A stretch of DNA of 56,101 bases from Acidobacteriota bacterium (GTDB taxonomy: Bacteria > Acidobacteriota > Polarisedimenticolia > JACPZX01 > DASXTC01): contig JAWPNA010000030.1 of NCBI GenBank assembly GCA_045402695.1, positions 1 to 56,101 of the forward strand. The letters run 5' to 3'. Shown here one piece after another: positions 26,927 through 34,119 of this stretch. Positions within the stretch are counted from its first letter, which is position 1. Each line of letters starts with the position of its first letter. The notes beneath the pieces are model-generated. The model worked only from the letters and a program-made list of their open reading frames with translations, was not told the origin of the DNA and did not search any database. The translations under genes were made by a program, and so were the position numbers.

Positions 26927-28023
26927 CAGTAGACTCCCACTACGACGCTTTCCTGAAGAGAAGTGAGCAGCCTCAGGTTCGACACTCCGTCCCACGGAAA
27001 CCGCTCGCAGGGACGGGCGCGCTCCCCCTCGTCTCTCTCGAGGAAGCGCGGCATGAAGAAGTCCCGCGTCAGCGTGGTCAGCATCACGCGGCCGGTCTCG
27101 CCGTAGGCGACGGGAGTCTCGGGATCGTCGGGCCGCACCAGCTCGAAGACGGCACGCGGGGAGGGCGGGTAGTAGGTGATCGCGTAATCATCGGCCGGAT
27201 CGAACGGCTTGGGGCAGGCCAGCCCCATCAGCGTGTTGCCGTAGGTCGGAACGAAGTCGATGCCCGGCGCCAGCTCCTCGCGCACGAAGCGGTGAAACTG
27301 CGCCGTCATCTCCGTCCCGCCGCAGAAGATGCCGGTGATCCCCGCGTTTTTAAGGGAGATCCTCTCGCACAGAGCCTCCAGCAGCTTCGGCGTGGTGAAG
27401 AGGCACCGGATCGAGTCGTGTCCCTTGAGGACCTTCAGCGCCTGATCGATCACGTGGCTCTTGTAGGCCTGAAGCTCCCTGAAGCGATGGTCCTTCACGA
27501 TCTGATTGACCCAGCGCGGGTCCAGGTCCACGAAGAAGGCGATGCCTCCCCGGTGCTGGGCGAGATGCTCGATCGAGAGGCGCAGCCGCCGCGGCCCCGT
27601 CGGGCCGAGCATCAGCCAGTCGGCGCCGCGGGGAAAGGCGGTGGCGGAAAGCGTCTCGCTGAACATCTCATAGTCAATCTGGAAGTCCTCGATGTTGAGC
27701 CGTGTCTTGGGCATGCCCGTGGAGCCTCCCGTCTCGAAGGCGAACATCGGCTTGCCCGCGAGACCCGCCGGCAGCCACCGGCGCGCCGGGCCCCCGCGCA
27801 GCCACTCGTCCTGGAAGTGGCCCAGCAGCTTCAGGTCGTCGTAGCCGCGGATCCTCTCTTTCGGATCGAAGCCGAGCGATGCCGCGAACTCCAGCCAGAA
27901 GGGGGAGCCGGTCTGACGACTGAAGTGCCAGCTCACCATCTCACGCACGTGCGCATCGAGCCGCGCGCGCGCGGCGGCGTGCTCCTGCTCCAGCGCCGCT
28001 GACTGTGTCTCCCGCATGGTCAT
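26926..28023 (-). CDS. Adenylate-forming enzyme of the PaaK / coenzyme-F390-synthetase / LuxE-like (ANL) group
   Basis: The P-loop-like motif FETGGSTGMPK corresponds to SSGTTGKP in PaaK. The ~365-aa size fits. Start options are GTG 28062 (overlaps the P3 stop as TAGTG), ATG 28023 or ATG 28017. The last is 6 nt after GGGAG and is best supported. Confidence 0.75.
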   Translation of the reverse strand: MTMRETQSAALEQEHAAARARLDAHVREMVSWHFSRQTGSPFWLEFAASLGFDPKERIRGYDDLKLLGHFQDEWLRGGPARRWLPAGLAGKPMFAFETGGSTGMPKTRLNIEDFQIDYEMFSETLSATAFPRGADWLMLGPTGPRRLRLSIEHLAQHRGGIAFFVDLDPRWVNQIVKDHRFRELQAYKSHVIDQALKVLKGHDSIRCLFTTPKLLEALCERISLKNAGITGIFCGGTEMTAQFHRFVREELAPGIDFVPTYGNTLMGLACPKPFDPADDYAITYYPPSPRAVFELVRPDDPETPVAYGETGRVMLTTLTRDFFMPRFLERDEGERARPCERFPWDGVSNLRLLTSLQESVVVGVY

Positions 28024-28061
28024 CTCCCGCTGGTCGTCCCCCCGGGGGGCGCCGGCACGCA

Positions 28062-29654
28062 CTACGGTCCGGCCGGATGCCTGGCCGCCGCGATACCGCC
28101 GGCGAGGGCGAACAGCTTCGTGCGGCTGACGATGTACAAGACACCGTCCTTGGCCGTGGGGGTCGTGTAGACGGCATTGCCCATGTTGATCTCCGCGATC
28201 AACTCAGGCTTCTTGCCCTCCCTGAAGACCGCCACGTCGCCGTCCTCATCGCCGATGTAGACCTTTCCGTCCGCCACGAAGGGTGACCCCCAGACCGCGG
28301 CGGCCAGGTCGTGCGTCCATTGGTGCTGTCCCGTGCGCGCGTCCAGGCAGTAGAGAAAGCCGTTGAGATCGGCCGCGTACAGAAGCCCGTCGTGGATCGC
28401 CACCGATGAAATCGTGCGGTGGAAGTCCTGATTGCCCCGATGCCACACCATTGCCGTCTGGGTGACGTCGCCTGTCTTCGTGGCGTCGATGGCCCACAGG
28501 TGTCCGATTCCCTCGCCGTGCTCCGGGTCCTGGCCCACGCCGACGAACACCTTGTCCTCCCAGATGACCGGTGTCGCGATGATCTCGTTTCTCGTCCCGC
28601 GCCCGCCCAGGACGTACACAGCGTCCTTCGGGTTGGCGTCGAACTTCCAGATCTGCTTGCCCGTCTCGGGCTCGAAGGAGTAGACCCAGCCGTCTCCGCC
28701 GGGAATGATCACCTGCGGTTTCCCCTTGATGACACCGTATGCTGGGTTGGACCAGGAGCCGTGCAGGATGTGCTCGCGCGGGGAGGCGTCCTCCCACACG
28801 AGCTTGCCGGTGTTCTTGTCGAGCGCGATGAAGCTGGGCGCGTCGGGCGACGGGATGTTCACGTGCCCTTCGTCAACACCGTTACCCGTCACCGTGAACA
28901 GCAAGTCGCCGGCCACGAGAGGGCTGCCCGCGGCGAGGTTGTGCGGGAAGACCGCGAGATTCCCCATCATGTCGAACTTCCAGACGATGTCCTCGTCGAC
29001 CTCGCTGGCGTCGGACTCCTGCGTGAAGGGACCATCGTTTTCGCCGTCCATGAACCCTTCGGTGTCGGCGCAGATCACCTCGGCGCGGTTGGAGACGTAG
29101 TAGATGCGATCGCCGTGCACGTACGGCGTCGAGCAGACCCCCTGCATCGGCCAGTCGTTCACCATTCCCGCCGGCAGCTTGGGATGGGCGGCCTGCCAGA
29201 GGAATTTGCCGTCCGCCGCGCTGAAGGCCATGACCACGCCGCGATCGCTCTTGAGCTTCGGGTTGCGCAGCCCTTCGTTGTTGGTGCCGACGAAGACCTT
29301 GCCGCGGTACACCACGGGTCCCGCGTAGGTCTGCGATCCCAGCGCGGCAACCCACTTGATGTTCAGGCCGGTGGCCGGGTCCCACATCTGAGGAAGCCCC
29401 TTCTCGTCGGACACCTGGTTGCGCGAGAGGGTCTGGCCGAAAAGGGCTGGAGCCCCAGGGGCGCCGGCCGCGCCGGACGTCCCTGCCGGGGGCTTGCCGG
29501 CGTCCGCCGGTTTCGCCTGGCCCGCAGGGGCCGCGGGCATTGTCTGCGCCGCGGGGCCGGTCTGCTTGGTCTGCGCCGTGGCGCGCGCGCCCGCCGCGAG
29601 AGCCACCGCGGCGAGGATGAGGCCGCAGGTCGCGAACAACCATCGCTTCGTCAT
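28062..29654 (-). CDS. Exported PQQ-like beta-propeller repeat protein, paralogue P3, with Ala/Pro/Gly-rich linker
   Basis: Signal peptide MTKRWLFATCGLILAAVALAAGARA, then the low-complexity stretch TAQTKQTGPAAQTMPAAPAGQAKPADAGKPPAGTSGAAGAPGAP, then propeller blades. The ATG overlaps the P4 stop (ATGA at 29651-29654). Confidence 0.85.
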   Translation of the reverse strand: MTKRWLFATCGLILAAVALAAGARATAQTKQTGPAAQTMPAAPAGQAKPADAGKPPAGTSGAAGAPGAPALFGQTLSRNQVSDEKGLPQMWDPATGLNIKWVAALGSQTYAGPVVYRGKVFVGTNNEGLRNPKLKSDRGVVMAFSAADGKFLWQAAHPKLPAGMVNDWPMQGVCSTPYVHGDRIYYVSNRAEVICADTEGFMDGENDGPFTQESDASEVDEDIVWKFDMMGNLAVFPHNLAAGSPLVAGDLLFTVTGNGVDEGHVNIPSPDAPSFIALDKNTGKLVWEDASPREHILHGSWSNPAYGVIKGKPQVIIPGGDGWVYSFEPETGKQIWKFDANPKDAVYVLGGRGTRNEIIATPVIWEDKVFVGVGQDPEHGEGIGHLWAIDATKTGDVTQTAMVWHRGNQDFHRTISSVAIHDGLLYAADLNGFLYCLDARTGQHQWTHDLAAAVWGSPFVADGKVYIGDEDGDVAVFREGKKPELIAEINMGNAVYTTPTAKDGVLYIVSRTKLFALAGGIAAARHPAGP

Positions 29655-31876
29655 CGTGGGTTCACCGTCACCTTGACCTTGTCATAGAAGATGTCCGCCG
29701 CCGAGTATCCGTACAGACCAGGGCTGCCCTGCCGGATGGGCAGAGGATCCTCCGCCTCGATGGTCCATCCTTCGGGCTCAGCGGAGGAAGCCGGCCAGAC
29801 CTTGCCCCGGATGAACGCCTTGTCCTGCTTGATCTCCACCGTCAGCTTCATCGTGTACCAGACATCGGGATCCCAGGCGAAATCGACCGTCTGCTGCAGC
29901 CTGGGCTCCACCTCCACCCAGTCGCGAAGCTGGAGCCTCTTGTGGTTGCCCATCAGGTCGAGCGTGTAGCCCGAGGCGATGAGCCCCATGTCGGGACGCC
30001 ATCGGCCCTTGATCGAGCCCATCAGGTCCGCCTGTATGGTGTAGCCGCTCATCGTGGGTGGGCCGATGAAAAGGCTGGAGCGCTCGAGCCCTTGATCCAT
30101 GAACGGCTTGGTCAGCACCTTGTTGCCCCCCTTGTCGGCCACGACGAACCGGCTGGCGCCACCGACCCAGTATGGGGGGTTCTTGCCGATCTCGATCCCC
30201 TCGAACTCCTCCTGCCAGGGAAGATCGGCGAAGACCCTCACGCGCGCCGTGGCCTTGAGGTCGCCGGCCTGAAGCGTCACGAGGCCGGCCTGCGATCCGC
30301 GCGCGCGATCGGGTGTGAGCCGGCCCTGCGCGTCGATCTTGCCGATCAGGCCTTGCAGCCCCCACGTGCCGGCCACATCACCGATCATCCGGCCGGCGGC
30401 GTCAAATGCAAGCGCTCTGAACGCCACCGTTTCACCCGGCTTGACGACCACTTCCGCCGGAAGCACTTGGAGCCACGACGCGCGCGCCCCGGCTTCGGCC
30501 TTTGCCTCGGGAGGAAGATCCGCCTTGCCGGCCGAGAGAGCGAACCGAGCCTTCTTGTCGCCGAGGCAGTAGAGACCCTCCTCGGTCGTGAAGTAGACAC
30601 GGCCGTAGGCGATGGCGGGGGAGCCGTACGTCTCGGCGGGCCGTTCCCCCTTCACCAGGATTTGCTCTTTATCCAGCGAGACGGCCTGCGCCGCTTCCGG
30701 GCGGAGAATGTGGAAGCCTCCGTTCACCTCCGTGGCGAAGATCTTTCCATCCGCCCAGACCGGCGATCCCTTTCCGACGGTTCCGAGGTTGTACTGCCAC
30801 CGGCGCTTTCCATCCGCGGCATCCAGGGCGAACATGTTGGCCGAGTCATCCACGACGTACAGTGTGTCGCCGTGGAGCAGCGGTGAGGCGAACCCCACCT
30901 CCAGCTCGTCGGCGCGCCAGATCTCGCCGGTCTTGGTGATGTCGCCCGAGCCGGAGCCGTCGATGCAGACCACGCGACCCTTGGTTCCCTCGTCTATGTT
31001 CTCGTCTCCGCTGGTGGCGTACACCCGATCGCCGTCCACCACCACGGACGTGTTCATCCCCTGCTTGCTCAACTGGAAGCTCCACACCTTCTCGCCGGTG
31101 GAGGCCTTCAAGGCATAGATCCAACCGTCTCCATTCCCCCCGAAGAGCAACCGCTGCCCTTTGATCACCCCCGCCACCTGGGTGGCCTGCGTTGTCATCG
31201 GATCGGGTTTTCCTCCTGGTGCCGATGCCCAGGCCAGCTCGCCCGTCCTCTTGTCGAAGGCGAAGTATCGGTGGCGCGGCGCTCCCTGATCGCCCCACCC
31301 GAAGTTGGAGAAACCGAGGACCACGTGGTCCCCGTCCAGCATGGGTGAGTGGGTGCGTCCCCCATAGCCGGAGACGCGCCCGAACTCCTCCGTCAGCGAT
31401 CGCGACCAGACGATCTCTCCCTTGCGGTCGAGGCACAGGAACAGTCCCCCCACGCCGTGCGCGTAGAGGTACCCGGTCTGAGGGTCGGCCACGATGTTGG
31501 CCCATCCCGCCCGCGTGAAGGGGACGGTCGTGTGATAGACGTTGATCCTGTGCTCCCAGAGCCGCCGGCCGCTCTCCGCGCTGAAGCAGGCCACGACCTC
31601 CTGCTTGGTGATGCCGCTTCCGGTCCTCCCCATGACGCAGACGCGTCCGTCGAATACCACCGGAGTGGAACGGCCGATGAAGTCCGCCTTCCAGATCAGG
31701 TTCTCTCCCGAGGTGGACCAGGTGGAGACGAGGCCTGTCTCATCCGAGACCCCGTTCTGGTGGGGACCGCGCCATGAGGCCCATTCGGAGGCCCGGACGG
31801 ATGGGGTGCCGAGGGCAGCGAGCCCGGGCACGAGGATGCAGGTCAATGCGATCGCCAAACCTCGGATGATCTTCAT
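29651..31876 (-). CDS. Exported PQQ-like beta-propeller (P4) fused to a Big_2-like Ig domain and a C-terminal LamG/DUF1080-like jelly-roll
   Basis: Signal peptide MKIIRGLAIALTCILVPGLAALG, then EWASWRGPHQNGVSDETGL. The propeller spans about 430 aa. An Ig-like segment follows (VLPAEVVVKPGETVAFRALAFDAAGR...TARVRVF). The ~230-aa C-terminal domain ends in GLYGYSAADIFYDKVKVTVN. Confidence 0.85.
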   Translation of the reverse strand: MKIIRGLAIALTCILVPGLAALGTPSVRASEWASWRGPHQNGVSDETGLVSTWSTSGENLIWKADFIGRSTPVVFDGRVCVMGRTGSGITKQEVVACFSAESGRRLWEHRINVYHTTVPFTRAGWANIVADPQTGYLYAHGVGGLFLCLDRKGEIVWSRSLTEEFGRVSGYGGRTHSPMLDGDHVVLGFSNFGWGDQGAPRHRYFAFDKRTGELAWASAPGGKPDPMTTQATQVAGVIKGQRLLFGGNGDGWIYALKASTGEKVWSFQLSKQGMNTSVVVDGDRVYATSGDENIDEGTKGRVVCIDGSGSGDITKTGEIWRADELEVGFASPLLHGDTLYVVDDSANMFALDAADGKRRWQYNLGTVGKGSPVWADGKIFATEVNGGFHILRPEAAQAVSLDKEQILVKGERPAETYGSPAIAYGRVYFTTEEGLYCLGDKKARFALSAGKADLPPEAKAEAGARASWLQVLPAEVVVKPGETVAFRALAFDAAGRMIGDVAGTWGLQGLIGKIDAQGRLTPDRARGSQAGLVTLQAGDLKATARVRVFADLPWQEEFEGIEIGKNPPYWVGGASRFVVADKGGNKVLTKPFMDQGLERSSLFIGPPTMSGYTIQADLMGSIKGRWRPDMGLIASGYTLDLMGNHKRLQLRDWVEVEPRLQQTVDFAWDPDVWYTMKLTVEIKQDKAFIRGKVWPASSAEPEGWTIEAEDPLPIRQGSPGLYGYSAADIFYDKVKVTVNPR

Positions 31877-32051
31877 GCCATCCTTATCGCTCCAGAGGGT
31901 GTCCGGTGGAACAGAAGTCCCCCATTCTAAAGCACGGACAGGCCAGGGTGCACGTTGTCATTGCTGACGGGGCGGTGTCGGCCCAGGATAGTACGCCGGA
32001 ACGGCAGGCGGGTTATCCCCGGAATGGGCGGACCGCAGTTTTTACAAGGTT

Positions 32052-32618
32052 TTACATCCTCCGGGGCGAAGCAACGGGAGCGGGCCCGGCGGACGGGGAG
32101 ATCACGCCCGCGGCGGGGGAGGGGGCCTCGGGCTTGTAGAGCGACACGAGACATCCACCTGCCGCCGCCAGTGCGATGCCCAGCAGGAACTGCCAGCGCA
32201 ATGTCCTGAGTCCTCCGGCCGGGGGATGCATCGCGAAGGCGGTGAGCGCGTTGACGATCGGGGCCCCCGCGAACACGATCGACATGACCACTCCGGGCGA
32301 GCCCTTGGCCCCGAATGCCAGCAGAACGCAGAAGGCGCCCGCCGCTCCGACCAACCCCGCCAGCAGCGACCAGGCGACGCCGCGCGCGGGAAAGTGCCAC
32401 GAGGAGCCGCGGAGGATCAACAGCGCCAGGGGCGCCAGCACGGCGGTAAGAAAGTAGGCGATGCCGACGAACAGGAAGGCTCGGTAGCGCCCGTTGACCG
32501 GATCGGCCATCGAGGTCTGGCCGGCGTGCAGAAAGACGCCGTACAGCCCCCAGGTCAAGACGGTCATAAGGGCGAACACCAGCCAGTGAATGCCCGTCTC
32601 CGCCGCGCCCCCTGACAT
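32052..32618 (-). CDS. Small polytopic inner-membrane protein (EamA/DMT-like half-transporter?)
   Basis: About 5 predicted TM helices (HWLVFALMTVLTWGLYGVFL, FLFVGIAYFLTAVLAPLALLIL, and others). ATG at 32618 is preceded by a GGAGG RBS with 6-nt spacing. The longer ORF start at 32660 was rejected. Confidence 0.7.
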   Translation of the reverse strand: MSGGAAETGIHWLVFALMTVLTWGLYGVFLHAGQTSMADPVNGRYRAFLFVGIAYFLTAVLAPLALLILRGSSWHFPARGVAWSLLAGLVGAAGAFCVLLAFGAKGSPGVVMSIVFAGAPIVNALTAFAMHPPAGGLRTLRWQFLLGIALAAAGGCLVSLYKPEAPSPAAGVISPSAGPAPVASPRRM

Positions 32619-32721
32619 CTTCTGCCTCCATTCGTTGCGTGAGCTGCGACAGGATAACATGGGCAGCCGCTCGCTCCTCGTGCATCATCGGCGCGCGACT
32701 CTTCTGCGGGGAGGCACGCCA

Positions 32722-32745
32722 GATGGACGGCCCCTCGATGGACGG
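32722..32745. repeat. 9-bp direct repeat GATGGACGG x2 (15-bp period) in the divergent control region of the propeller locus
   Basis: GATGGACGG occurs at 32722-32730 and again at 32737-32745, inside the 181-nt gap between the divergent starts at 32618 (-) and 32800 (+). Confidence 0.6.
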
Positions 32746-32799
32746 TCATACGAGAATGTCGTAGAGTTGCGCGTCCCCCGGGGAGAAAAGCGAGTGGCG

Positions 32800-34053
32800 A
32801 TGAGGCTTGTCAGGAGATCGGCCGCGCGGGCGTGCGGCCTCCTGCTCTTGGGCGGGGCGCTGGTCCGCACGGCGCGAGCCGCCGACTGGCCGCAGTGGCG
32901 CGGCCCGGGCCGCGACGGCGTGGGCTTACAGCTGCGGGCGCCCAAGAGCTGGCCGGAGAAGCTGGCACGCGCCTGGTCGGTGCCGGTGGGCGAGGGGCAC
33001 GGCAGCCCCGTGCTGGTGGGTGACCGCGTCTTCCTGCACACGCGGGAGGGCGAGCAGGAGGTGGCGCGCTCCGTGCAGCTTGCCGACGGACGCACGCTGT
33101 GGCGCGTGTCGTGGCCAGTCACGTACGAGATGAATTCCGCCGCGGCCTCTCACGGCAAGGGACCCAAGGCCACTCCGACGTTGATCGGAGGCACGCTCTA
33201 CATCTTCAGCATCACCGGGCTGCTCTCGGCCTTCGATCCGGAGTCGGGGGCCCTGAGGTGGCGCAGGGACTTCTCCACCGAGTTCAAGAAGACATCTCCG
33301 CTGTTCGGGGCGGCCTCATCGCCGCTCGCCGATCGCGACCTGGTCATCCTCCACACCGGCGGCCACCACAACGGCAGCCTCACGGCCTTCGACGCGCGCA
33401 CGGGAGACGTCCGATGGAGTTTGAAAGGAGACGGACCCGGCTACGCCTCTCCCATCGTGACGGAGCTGGGCGGCCGGCGGCAGGTGATCACGCAGACCGA
33501 TCAGCGGATCATCGGCGTGGCCGCCGACACCGGGCGCTTGATCTGGAGCCTCCCCTTCACGACTCCATATGATCAGAACAGCGTCACGGCTCTGGTGTCC
33601 GAGAACCTGCTCATCACTTCGGGGATTGAGCAGGGGGTGCACGCCTGGAAGCTCGAGCCCGAGGGCGAGCAGCTCGTGCCCCGCGAAGCCTGGAACCTGC
33701 AGGAAGCCTCCTTCTATCTCAGCTCGCCCGTCATCGCCTCGGGGCTAATGTTCGGGTTCTCCCACATGAAGCGAGGACAGTTCGTGTGCGTCGATCCGAA
33801 GACGGGACAGCTCCTCTGGGCCAGCAAGGGGCGCGAGGGGGAAAACGCGGCTCTGGTCGTCGCCGGCGATCTCGTTCTGGCGCTGACCGACAGCGCCGAG
33901 CTGATCGTCCTGCCGGCCGGCGCGAAGCAGTTCGCGCCCGCGGCCCGCTACACGGTGGCTGACAGCCCGACCTGGGCGCACCCGGTGGTCACGCCGCGCG
34001 GCATCCTGATCAAGGACAAGACCCATCTGAGCCTGTGGAGCTGGCCGTCCTGA
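32800..34053 (+). CDS. Exported PQQ-like beta-propeller repeat protein, paralogue P5
   Basis: Signal peptide MRLVRRSAARACGLLLLGGALVRTARA, then ADWPQWRGPGRDGV. A GGAGA motif lies upstream of the ATG at 32800. The 70-aa N-terminal ORF extension was rejected. Confidence 0.85.
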   Translation: MRLVRRSAARACGLLLLGGALVRTARAADWPQWRGPGRDGVGLQLRAPKSWPEKLARAWSVPVGEGHGSPVLVGDRVFLHTREGEQEVARSVQLADGRTLWRVSWPVTYEMNSAAASHGKGPKATPTLIGGTLYIFSITGLLSAFDPESGALRWRRDFSTEFKKTSPLFGAASSPLADRDLVILHTGGHHNGSLTAFDARTGDVRWSLKGDGPGYASPIVTELGGRRQVITQTDQRIIGVAADTGRLIWSLPFTTPYDQNSVTALVSENLLITSGIEQGVHAWKLEPEGEQLVPREAWNLQEASFYLSSPVIASGLMFGFSHMKRGQFVCVDPKTGQLLWASKGREGENAALVVAGDLVLALTDSAELIVLPAGAKQFAPAARYTVADSPTWAHPVVTPRGILIKDKTHLSLWSWPS

Positions 34054-34119
34054 ATCCGGGCCGCCTTCGCCGCGTATGAATACGAGCTTCCGGCCTCGAC
34101 AGAACTGGGAGGATTGACG

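Noticed and set aside
31926-31960. Possible sigma-54 (TGGC-N-TGCT) or TAGAAT -10 promoter element upstream of the gene train
   Set aside because: On the minus strand the sequence reads CTGGCCTGTCCGTGCTTTAGAAT. The GG-to-GC spacing is one nucleotide short of the sigma-54 consensus. No acceptable -35 sits 16-18 nt from TAGAAT. This is too weak to annotate.
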